From assembly GCA_903828635.1 (NCBI GenBank), contig CAIKMY010000092.1, positions 1 to 42,451 on the forward strand: a stretch of 42,451 nucleotides of DNA. Direction: 5' to 3'. Positions 34,721 through 42,451 of the stretch are shown piece by piece. The stretch is from an uncultured Acidobacteriota bacterium (GTDB taxonomy: Bacteria > Acidobacteriota > Blastocatellia > RBC074). The notes beneath the pieces were generated by a model. It did not search any database and was not told where the DNA came from. It was given only the letters and a program-made list of their open reading frames with translations. Each line of letters opens with the position of its first letter. The stretch's first letter is position 1. A program made the position numbers and the translations under genes.

Positions 34721-35773
34721 ATGACTGCAACCATGACCGCGGTCGTTCAATACGACCTGAAGCCCGGATCCGTTGAGGTCCGTGAAATGCCGATACCGGA
34801 GATTGGCGATGACGAGGTTCTGCTGAAGATCGGAGGAGTGAGTGTCTGCGGCAGCGATGTTCATCAATATCACGCGACGCAGAGCTGGCCGGTGGCGGCT
34901 CCGGTGATCCTCGGCCACGAGTTTGGCGGAACCGTCGCCGCAATTGGCAGTCGGGTACGCAGCTTTCGCGAGGGCGACCGCGTTGTCTCCGAAACTGCGG
35001 CCTACATCTGTGGCCAGTGCATGATGTGCCGCACCGGTGCCTACAATCTCTGCCCGCAGCGCAAGGGCTTCGGCTATGGCATCAATGGCGCGATGGCCGG
35101 CTATGCGCGCGTTCCCGAACGGTGCCTCCACCACATCCCTGATAACCTGCCATTCGAGAGGGCCGCGCTGACCGAGCCCTGCTGCGTCGGCTACAACGCA
35201 GTTATCGAAAAGAGCAAGGTACGACCGGGCGACACAGTGGTCGTTCTCGGGCCTGGTCCGATCGGCCTGCTTTGCGCCGAGATGGCCAGACTTGCCGGGG
35301 CGGGTAGCCTGATCGTCGTCGGCATGTCTCAGGACAAATCACGACTCGAAGCGGCGAAAGAGATCGGCGCTACCCACTGCGTCAACCTCGAGGAGGTAAA
35401 TCTCAGAGATCTCGTCTTCAGCCTCGGTGACGGCCTTGGCGCTCACCTCGTTGTTGATGCGGCTGGTGCCTCGGTGGCACTCAAAACCGCTATGGAGATC
35501 GTTCGCCCCGCCGGCCAGATCACCAAGGTGGGATGGGGCCCCCAGCCTTTTGGCGCCTCGCTCGATCCCCTCGTCCAAAAAGCCGTTCGTCTTCAGGGCA
35601 GCTTCAGCCACACCTTCCAGAATTGGGAGATGGTCGTCTCGATGCTTGCCTCCGAACAGATCAATCTCAAGCCGATCATCAGCCGCATCGCAACCCTCGA
35701 AGAATGGCAACCCTGCTTCGACGGAATGCACGATGGCACTTACGTCAAGGCGGTGCTCAGGCCTGAAGACTAA
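34721..35773 (+). CDS. Zinc-binding polyol/sugar dehydrogenase (MDR, sorbitol/threonine DH-like)
   Basis: VCGSDVH, LGHEF.G, structural Zn C-x2-C-x2-C-x7-C (CGQCMMC...NLC), EP, GPGPIG. Confidence 0.92.
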   Translation: MTATMTAVVQYDLKPGSVEVREMPIPEIGDDEVLLKIGGVSVCGSDVHQYHATQSWPVAAPVILGHEFGGTVAAIGSRVRSFREGDRVVSETAAYICGQCMMCRTGAYNLCPQRKGFGYGINGAMAGYARVPERCLHHIPDNLPFERAALTEPCCVGYNAVIEKSKVRPGDTVVVLGPGPIGLLCAEMARLAGAGSLIVVGMSQDKSRLEAAKEIGATHCVNLEEVNLRDLVFSLGDGLGAHLVVDAAGASVALKTAMEIVRPAGQITKVGWGPQPFGASLDPLVQKAVRLQGSFSHTFQNWEMVVSMLASEQINLKPIISRIATLEEWQPCFDGMHDGTYVKAVLRPED

Positions 35774-35913
35774 ATCGGCTGTTTCCGTTTTGCCCGGGGA
35801 AATGGGGGCGATACAGGACAGATCACGAACAGACATCGTTGTTTTTCTGTCTGTCTGCTTCATCCACGCCCCCTCTTTCTCTGACAACATTTATCAGAAA
35901 GAGTATCTGCAAA

Positions 35914-36798
35914 ATGCCTAAACTTTCAGTATTTCCGAAATGCTACATGGACGAGCTGTGCGTGACACGCAGCATGACTCTCTTTGACTGGATCGATCTG
36001 GCGGCGACACTCGATGTCGACGGGATTGAGCTCTACCCCGGATTTTTCACCAGCTTCGACGACGATTATCTTGACAAGGTGAAGGATCACCTCAAATCAA
36101 GAAACCTTGAAGCACCGATGATGTGCGCCTCTCCCGATTTCACGCAGCACGACGCGGAAGCACGCGCCGCCGAGATTGAGAAAGAGAAGCGAATGATCGA
36201 TCTGACGGCGCGGATGGGCGGGCGTTACTGCCGCGTCCTTTCGGGCCAGCGCCGTGACGATGTCTCGCGCGCTGACGGAGTTCGTTACACCGTCGAGTGC
36301 ATCAACGAGGTGATACCTTATGCCGCCGGGCGCAACATCATCCTCAACATGGAGAACCATTACAAGGATGGTTACTGGAAATATCCGGAGTTTGCGCAGC
36401 ACCTTGACGTCTTCCTCGAAGTGATCAACCAGATCGATTCACCCTGGTTTGGCGTCAACTACGACCCGTCAAACGCGATCATCTGCGGAGAGGATCCACT
36501 TGAGGTGCTGGCGGCCATCAAGCATCGCGTCATTACCATGCATGCGTCGGATCGCTACCTGATCAGCGGCACAATCGAGGATCTCAAGCAGCAGGATGGA
36601 TCGATGGGCTATGCGAAGAATCTCCGCCACGGAGTAATCGGTAAGGGGCTCAACGACTATGATGCCATCTTTTCGACCCTGAAGAACGAGGGCTTCGATA
36701 ACTGGATCTCGATCGAGGATGGCGAAAACGGCATGGATGAGCTGCGTGAATCGGTGCGTTTCCTGCGCGGCAAGATGGCGCAACATTTCGGCGCATGA
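35914..36798 (+). CDS. Sugar phosphate isomerase/epimerase family TIM-barrel (AP endonuclease 2/IolE-like)
   Basis: DGIEL, MENH, NYDPSN, MHASDR, IGKG.NDY and ISIE metal-binding pattern. Start reassigned to ATG 35914. Confidence 0.88.
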   Translation: MPKLSVFPKCYMDELCVTRSMTLFDWIDLAATLDVDGIELYPGFFTSFDDDYLDKVKDHLKSRNLEAPMMCASPDFTQHDAEARAAEIEKEKRMIDLTARMGGRYCRVLSGQRRDDVSRADGVRYTVECINEVIPYAAGRNIILNMENHYKDGYWKYPEFAQHLDVFLEVINQIDSPWFGVNYDPSNAIICGEDPLEVLAAIKHRVITMHASDRYLISGTIEDLKQQDGSMGYAKNLRHGVIGKGLNDYDAIFSTLKNEGFDNWISIEDGENGMDELRESVRFLRGKMAQHFGA

Positions 36799-36806
36799 GG
36801 TGAAGC

Positions 36807-37586
36807 ATGAATCGACTGGCAGGCAAGGTCGCGGTCGTTACCGGTTCAGGCTCAGGCCTTGGAGAGGGGATTGCACGGCTCTTTGCCGAGGAGGGAGCGG
36901 GGGTTGTCGTCTCTAACCGGGACGTCGCCAAGGCACACGCCGTGGCCGCCTCGATCCGGGAGGCGGGGGGCACAGCAATCTCGCTCAAGGCTGACGTTGC
37001 CAGCGAGGCGGAATGTCGCGCGCTGATCGACGGCGCAGTCTCCCATTTCGGGCAGATTGACATCCTCGTCAACACCGTTGGCTACAGCGCACGCGGGACG
37101 ATCGAGAACACCAGCGTCGAGCTCTGGGACGAGGTCTTCGCCCTCAATGTGCGCAGCTCCTTCATTTGTTCACAACAAGCCGTCAGGTATATGAAGGAGC
37201 GTCAGAGCGGCTCGATCATCAATATCGGCTCAGTCAATGCCTACATTGGCGAGCCGAAGCTGATGGCCTACTCCGCCTCCAAGGGGGCGCTTATGACGCT
37301 GACAAGGAACCTTGCGAGCTACCTCAACCGCTACCGAATCCGGGTCAATCAGCTCAATGTCGGCTGGACGCTCACTCCGAATGAGCATCACGTCAAGGTG
37401 AATGTCGAGGGAAAAGGCGAAAACTGGCTTGATGAAGCGGTGCAGACCCGGCCGTGGGGACGATTGTTGTCGCCAAGGGACATCGCCCACGCGGCAGTCT
37501 ACTTTGCCAGCGATGAGAGCGAGCCGATCACCGGCTCGGTTCTCGATATGGAGCAGTATCCGGTGGGCGCTCCACCCAACTGGTAG
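36807..37586 (+). CDS. Short-chain dehydrogenase/reductase (SDR)
   Basis: TGSGSGLG, IDILVN, NIGS, YSASK and IRVN; GAGGTG SD. Confidence 0.94.
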   Translation: MNRLAGKVAVVTGSGSGLGEGIARLFAEEGAGVVVSNRDVAKAHAVAASIREAGGTAISLKADVASEAECRALIDGAVSHFGQIDILVNTVGYSARGTIENTSVELWDEVFALNVRSSFICSQQAVRYMKERQSGSIINIGSVNAYIGEPKLMAYSASKGALMTLTRNLASYLNRYRIRVNQLNVGWTLTPNEHHVKVNVEGKGENWLDEAVQTRPWGRLLSPRDIAHAAVYFASDESEPITGSVLDMEQYPVGAPPNW

Positions 37587-37595
37587 TCCCGATAG

Positions 37596-37630
37596 CCGGC
37601 AGGTCGTCTCATTCGGCCTGCCGGTCTTTC
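37596..37630 (+). terminator. Probable intrinsic terminator at the convergent SDR/DinB junction
   Basis: 11-bp stem CCGGCAGGTCG / CGGCCTGCCGG (one G-U), 7-nt loop, followed by TCTTTC. Confidence 0.55.
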
Positions 37631-38190
37631 AATGAGTTCCTGATACCGGCCGCCTGCCAGAGATGGCGACGCTCGTGGGCAAGAAGAAGCGCCAAGACCC
37701 GCCCGAGAGAGAATCTGAGGGCCATGATCCCCGGTAGGGAGACACGAGCGCGACCGAGATCAACCCCATCAGCCCGTTGCAGCAGTTCAAGCAATCGCTC
37801 CTGCGTGGCAAAGAACGACGATCTGATCTCGGCGAGTGGTCGATCCGGTGGTGGAACATAGCGACGCGGAGCCCGGAAGCGACGTCGCGGTGGTGGTTCC
37901 ATTGAGTTCGCCAACCAGTTCTCCAGCCAGCCATACCTGTAGGGACCGGCACCAGTCAATCCCGCAGCCCGTGCCTCATTGATTGATTGGTTGATTACCG
38001 GCAAATAGTGCCTTGCGATGACATTGAGGTGCTCGAAGCACTGGGAGATCGACCACGAACGCGCTGTCGGCTGCCAGGCGCACTCTTCCTCTGTCAGCCC
38101 GTCGAGCACGGTCTCTGCCTCTCGCCGTACTGCCTCGATCTGCTCGCACAATGACTGCAACTCCGGGTGCATCTGTCGTCCCTCACTCAT
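37609..38190 (-). CDS. DinB/YfiT superfamily (DinB_2) protein
   Basis: GLTEEE..WQP...WSISQCFEHL and AHERRHLWQA His-triad pattern. AGGAGG SD; start is ATG 38190 or GTG 38193. Confidence 0.88.
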   Translation of the reverse strand: MSEGRQMHPELQSLCEQIEAVRREAETVLDGLTEEECAWQPTARSWSISQCFEHLNVIARHYLPVINQSINEARAAGLTGAGPYRYGWLENWLANSMEPPPRRRFRAPRRYVPPPDRPLAEIRSSFFATQERLLELLQRADGVDLGRARVSLPGIMALRFSLGRVLALLLAHERRHLWQAAGIRNSLKDRQAE

Positions 38191-38206
38191 CACACTATCC
38201 TCCTAG

Positions 38207-38230
38207 TGTCCGGCTGCTGTCCGGCTGCTG
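38207..38230. repeat. 11-bp direct duplication
   Basis: TGTCCGGCTGC x2 plus TG, between sbcC and the DinB SD. Confidence 0.6.
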
Positions 38231-38249
38231 AAAGAGCCTTGCCGAAAGA

Positions 38250-41200
38250 TTATACGGACAATTCTCCCAGGTTGATCGTCTGATCCGTAAACCCTTCGAA
38301 AGTATCATCGTGACTAATCACGAACAACTGTCGAAAATTTCTGATGCGACCAATCTCCCGGGCAAGGTTGCCACGCCTGACCTCATCCATGTTGGTCGTC
38401 GGCTCGTCAAAAAAAGCGACATCGATCTCTGATAATTCCCGCAACAGAGCAAGACGCACGGAGAGTGCGGCAACCATCTGCTCACCTCCTGAGAGACTGA
38501 GAAACGGGCGGTCGTGACCAGCCTCTTCGATGACGATCTCGTAATCACGGTTCCAGCGCAGAGTCAGGTCGTGTCTGCCCGAAATCTCACGGTAGAGTTG
38601 CGCCGCCTCCTGCGAGATGGAGAAGATATAGGACTCGGTGATATATGGAGCCGCACTGACCAGCAGGGTACGGATCATCTCAACCCTCTCGCGCTGCCGC
38701 GCGTGAGCTTCACGCTCGCTCGTCACCTCGCGCAATCGCTGACGAAGATCGTTGAGTGATTTCAATCGCTCTTCAAGACGCTTGGACTCTGTGCGCAGGT
38801 GACGAAGTTCGGTCTCGACCCTCGCCGCCTCAACTCGGCAATGATCGACAGCTATCCGCAGTCGCTGGTGGTGATCACCATCATAGTCGCTCTCCAGCCG
38901 GGCAAGTTCGCCAATGGCGGCAGACTGCCTGGCAGCGAGACTATGACATTCACCAGCAAGCTGTCGCGCCTCGGACTCTTTTGACTCCAGCGTTCCTGCC
39001 AGTCGCTCATTGGCAATGAATGCCTCATAGTCGCGTTCGCAGCGTGCCCGCTGCTGCGCTGCGGTCATTATCGCGAGGTCGAGCCCGTCAAACACCCCCA
39101 GTTCGATGGCAAGCTGTGTACGTCTTTCCTGAAGTGTGGCAACAGCTTCGGCGGCCGATCTCTCCGCAGACTGCCACTCGATCTCTCGCTCGATCGTCTT
39201 GTGCAGAGCAAGCGTCCGACTGCGCGGATCACCCAGCCCTCGAAGCAGCAACTCGGCCTGTGAAAACTCTCCCTCGATGTCACCAAGAGTGAGGATCCTT
39301 CCCTGCAAGCGATCGAATTCCTCGCGCCTTGTCTCGCCATCAGCGCGGATCTGTGTCTGCTCATCAATCATCACCGCTGCCCGATCAAGCAGTCGCTGCG
39401 CCTCTCGTGCCTCACGAATCTCTTCCTCAACCTCTGAAAGCCGCTGCTGCAGGCGCGAACCATCTGCCTCTTCCTGAGTTGACAGTGACCCGGCCTCGAC
39501 AGCGAGGTCGGCCAAGCGCCTCTCGCAGGCTGCGCACTCCGCTTCGACCTTTGCCAGCCCGCGCCGCAATTCCGATAATGGCGCGACACGCAATGCAGCC
39601 TTGCGCGAAGCACTTACCTCCGCCACCAAGAGCTCGCGCTTCCGCTCCACCGTCTCGATCCCGGCTTCGCGTTGCGCAAGAAGCGCGCTAAATCCGGACT
39701 CCATCGTCTCGCCAATGATCCCGCCTGCCTGGCCCTCACCACCAAGATTGAGGCATCGCTCCCTGAGCAGCGGACAGATGGCACCACTCGTCAGTCCGAC
39801 AATCATCTCGCGATCACGCGCCAACCCGGCTCGCAAATGCGAGATCTCTTCAACGACTGACGACAGCGACTCCTCCAGCCCGCTCAATCGCTCCGCCTCT
39901 GATTCCAGTTTGCACAACACGCCGATCTCGTCCCGCAAACGATCTGCCTCTTGCCGCAACCTCTCCAGATCCTGCCTGACTCTTGCCTGCTCGGCTGATT
40001 GCGTGCGACGCCTCTCCCTCGCCAGATCCTCCCGCCTCAGGGCAGCATCGAGCTCGCGCCGCTCAAGCTCAAGCAATCCGAGGCTCGCGGCCTTCTTCCT
40101 GCCTGACTCCGCGCCATCAATCTGCAGCGAGAGTGCCTGGTAGCGACGGCGCAATGAAGTCAGCTCCGCTTCGAGTGCCTCGACCCTTCGCTTTACCCCC
40201 TGAAGCTCACCTCGCCCCTCGCGCAGCCGTGCCATCTCCTCTTCGAGACTCTCCTGTCGGGCCATATCCCCCGCCAGAGCCGCCACCTCGCACTTCGCCT
40301 CACTGACCTCCCGTAAACGCTCTTCGCTCTGCCGCAATCGGCTCTCAGCCTCAAATATCTGACGATCAAGATTTGCCAGATCCCCTCTCAGCAGGTCACG
40401 CTGATCACGTCGCGGCTCAAGTTCCGCCAACTGACGCTGCGCGGCCAGACAATCGTTGTAGCCTTCGCGGGCCATTTCGACGATCCTTCCCGCCTCACGT
40501 GCCTCCTCGATCGCTCCCTGCAATGCCGCTTCCGCCTCGTGCAATGATCTCAACTGCATCCCCGCCTGCTCAACCCGCTCACGATGCTGTCGTAGTTGCA
40601 CCAGACAATCATCCAGCCGCCTGCATTCCGCACCCAGCCGAATCTCCTCCTCACGCAACTGCGCCTCGGCAGCCTCGGCGTTTCTCAGGCACACGACCAC
40701 CCTGTCCCGCGCCGCGACCACCTCGTCATACCCCTTCAGCTCGCCTTCCAGCATCGCTACCTGTCGATCGGCCTCCACCACCCGGCTTTCGGCCAACCGC
40801 TGTGCCGCCTTTAATTGATCCGCCGCCTGACGGTACTCCTCGACCTTCAAAATCTGGTCAAAGACCGCCTTGCGGCTCGAAAATGGCTGGGCAAAATCGA
40901 CCGTGAAGGTCCCTTGCGGCACTCCGATCGTCGTCCTGAAGAGTGTTGGCAGGTCTACTGCAGCATCAACCCCAAGCCGCTGCCGTAACCACGGCAAGAC
41001 AAAGCTCTTCTGCTCCACCAGTCGTGATTTCGTCACCGGATCGTAGACGAAATACCCACCACCTGTATCCCGCGTTACCTGATATTCCCGCTCATCAAGG
41101 CTCGAAATAAAGGAGATTGTTACCTGCCCCTTCTTCTCACCACGCCGGACAAAGTCTTCCCGCTTGTATTCGAGATGATCGAAGAGAACCCAGGCTATCC

Positions 41201-41324
41201 CCTCAAGAATCGTGGTCTTTCCCGATCCGTTCGGGCCACAAATGGCTGTTACGCCGGGCTGAAAGTTGAAGGTGCTCTCGGCGTGATTCTTGATATTTCG
41301 CAGCTCAACACGCGTGATTAACAA
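38250..41324 (-). CDS. sbcC: SbcC/Rad50-type SMC-family ATPase
   Basis: Walker A GPNGSGKT, Q-loop VPQG, long coiled coil with central CPLLRERC, signature LSGGE, Walker B/D-loop FFDEPT, H-loop ISH. TTG start. Confidence 0.88.
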   Translation of the reverse strand: MLITRVELRNIKNHAESTFNFQPGVTAICGPNGSGKTTILEGIAWVLFDHLEYKREDFVRRGEKKGQVTISFISSLDEREYQVTRDTGGGYFVYDPVTKSRLVEQKSFVLPWLRQRLGVDAAVDLPTLFRTTIGVPQGTFTVDFAQPFSSRKAVFDQILKVEEYRQAADQLKAAQRLAESRVVEADRQVAMLEGELKGYDEVVAARDRVVVCLRNAEAAEAQLREEEIRLGAECRRLDDCLVQLRQHRERVEQAGMQLRSLHEAEAALQGAIEEAREAGRIVEMAREGYNDCLAAQRQLAELEPRRDQRDLLRGDLANLDRQIFEAESRLRQSEERLREVSEAKCEVAALAGDMARQESLEEEMARLREGRGELQGVKRRVEALEAELTSLRRRYQALSLQIDGAESGRKKAASLGLLELERRELDAALRREDLARERRRTQSAEQARVRQDLERLRQEADRLRDEIGVLCKLESEAERLSGLEESLSSVVEEISHLRAGLARDREMIVGLTSGAICPLLRERCLNLGGEGQAGGIIGETMESGFSALLAQREAGIETVERKRELLVAEVSASRKAALRVAPLSELRRGLAKVEAECAACERRLADLAVEAGSLSTQEEADGSRLQQRLSEVEEEIREAREAQRLLDRAAVMIDEQTQIRADGETRREEFDRLQGRILTLGDIEGEFSQAELLLRGLGDPRSRTLALHKTIEREIEWQSAERSAAEAVATLQERRTQLAIELGVFDGLDLAIMTAAQQRARCERDYEAFIANERLAGTLESKESEARQLAGECHSLAARQSAAIGELARLESDYDGDHHQRLRIAVDHCRVEAARVETELRHLRTESKRLEERLKSLNDLRQRLREVTSEREAHARQRERVEMIRTLLVSAAPYITESYIFSISQEAAQLYREISGRHDLTLRWNRDYEIVIEEAGHDRPFLSLSGGEQMVAALSVRLALLRELSEIDVAFFDEPTTNMDEVRRGNLAREIGRIRNFRQLFVISHDDTFEGFTDQTINLGELSV

Positions 41325-41593
41325 TTGGTTCCGGAAGATTGCAGAACTGCCCCGAGGATGTAAGTTCAGATGGATGAACCTGTCAGGCAGGCCTTTTAAT
41401 CCTGTTTACTAACCTGTCATACAAACGAAGTGTTACGCAAAGGACAGGGTCAACATGCATTGAGAGGAGTGTCTGAATCTGTACTGAGTGGCGGGCCTGA
41501 GGCGCCAACGGTCAATGACTGAAGATATGCGATCCTTCCTGATCACTTTTCAGAACCGTGCGTCGACGCCCCGCCCGCTCAATCGCCTGCCTG

Positions 41594-41809
41594 CTAGCCC
41601 GCTGCGGCCTCACTCGATTCCTGACCACCGAGCAGATGGCGGCCCTCCGCGCTCCGTGGATCGATCGTCCGCACATGCTTGCGCCCACGCATCTCCCAGA
41701 TTGCGGTGATGCTGCCATTCTTCTCTACCGCGTGGTAGCTGACCTCTTCAGCCACCTGCTCGGCTGCTGCCACTGCTACCTCATTCGTCTCGCTTTTCGT
41801 GTCTGACAT
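41594..41809 (-). CDS. Small hypothetical protein (71 aa)
   Basis: ATG with GGGAG SD, protein-like composition, and a plausible upstream promoter. Confidence 0.6.
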   Translation of the reverse strand: MSDTKSETNEVAVAAAEQVAEEVSYHAVEKNGSITAIWEMRGRKHVRTIDPRSAEGRHLLGGQESSEAAAG

Positions 41810-41858
41810 TTAATGAAACTCCCGATGAAAGATATATTGGATTGGACAGGAAAGGGCT

Positions 41859-41928
41859 ATAATGCCACAGACCCGGCGTGTGCGTCAAAGTTATGATCCT
41901 TGACGCCCCCCTGACCGTCAACTAGAAT
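41859..41928. promoter_or_regulatory. Back-to-back sigma70 promoters (secA on +, small ORF on -)
   Basis: Plus strand TTGACG (41900-41905)-N17-TAGAAT (41923-41928). Minus strand TTGACG (41888-41883)-N18-CATTAT (41864-41859) with extended -10 TG. The two -35 boxes form the inverted repeat GCGTCAA...TTGACGC. Confidence 0.6.
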
Positions 41929-42097
41929 TTTCGTTTTGAATTGTCGTTTGATTTCCGTCGTGCTGAAGCGACAATGAACAATGTTGAAACTGTCCGCCCG
42001 ATTAGTGCCGCCTGAAGGTCGCCCGGGCGGGTCTTCTTTGCGCAGAGCAGGAGCGGAACGCCTCTACTCAGTCGCGATACTTCGTCCGATATAATCT

Positions 42098-42451
42098 ATG
42101 AACTTCATCGAGAAAGCAATCACCAAGGTATTCGGGTCAGCCAATGAGCGACTTTTGCGCAAACTGTGGCCAATCGTCGCGAAAATCAACGCGCTGGAAC
42201 CGGAGATACAGGCGCTGAGTGACGAGCAACTACGCGGTCAGACCGAGCTCTTCCGTGCCCGTCTGGCCAAACTCTGCACAGAAACTGCAGCAGGTCAATC
42301 TGACGAGGCGCTGCGCCGCAGAATTGAACAGGACGCTCTCGAAGAGATCCTCCCCGAAGCCTTCGCCTGCGTTCGCGAGGCCTCACGACGATCAACCGGC
42401 ATGCGCCACTTCGATGTCCAGATGATCGGCGGGATGGTGCTCCATTCCGGC
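42098..42451 (+). CDS. secA: Preprotein translocase ATPase SecA, 5' part (runs off the window)
   Basis: Manual translation: [49 protein letters not shown]...[38 protein letters not shown]. Absent from the ORF track because there is no stop in the window. Confidence 0.96.
   Translation, partial: MNFIEKAITKVFGSANERLLRKLWPIVAKINALEPEIQALSDEQLRGQTELFRARLAKLCTETAAGQSDEALRRRIEQDALEEILPEAFACVREASRRSTGMRHFDVQMIGGMVLHSG

Noticed and set aside
41364-41419. SOS/LexA-like box upstream of sbcC (GTTCA-N6-TGAAC) and a repeated AACCTGTCA
   Set aside because: The arms are only 5 bp and the spacing matches no LexA box I know, so chance occurrence is plausible.
38250-41809. SMC-based defence system (Wadjet or Lamassu)
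   Set aside because: No kleisin, KITE, Toprim or nuclease effector gene is adjacent. The motifs are SbcC/Rad50-like and the context is housekeeping (secA).
42090-42095. TATAAT directly before secA as a leaderless promoter
   Set aside because: It lies only 2 nt from the ATG, too close for a -10 element, and a better -35/-10 pair exists at 41900-41928.

Overview
GC-rich bacterial chromosomal segment with about 33 protein-coding genes. I saw no rRNA, tRNA, CRISPR array, transposase or prophage. Gene style (CadC-like winged-helix/PD40 sensor, 'QSGR' after a signal peptide, DUF1080, YVTN-phosphoesterase) suggests Acidobacteriota, but that is inference. Left to right: (1) a secreted M16 peptidase homologue lacking HxxEH, then thiL; (2) a membrane histidine kinase/NarL-type regulator/DoxX-like unit divergent from a five-gene inorganic-carbon uptake operon (SulP, DabA, DabB, a second NuoM-like subunit, DUF2490-like outer-membrane barrel), with a palindrome centred about -41.5 from a candidate promoter; (3) ttcA; (4) an organic-phosphate scavenging cluster (YVTN-phosphoesterase, PRC-barrel, PhoD, S1/P1 nuclease); (5) a CadC-like wHTH-TM-TolB sensor; (6) isochorismatase and quinone oxidoreductase; (7) an etfB-etfA-FadF/EMO operon with a heteromeric-type acyl-CoA dehydrogenase pair; (8) an uncharacterised sugar-catabolic operon (DUF1080, HPS-like, Zn-dehydrogenase, TIM-barrel, SDR); (9) DinB-family gene, an SbcC/Rad50 gene without adjacent sbcD and with a CX6C hook, a small ORF, and the 5' end of secA. 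The best candidate for an undescribed system is the two-component-associated DAB/SulP/porin carbon-uptake locus, followed by the kinase-less HPS-like sugar pathway. All calls come from manual motif recognition; no database searches were run.
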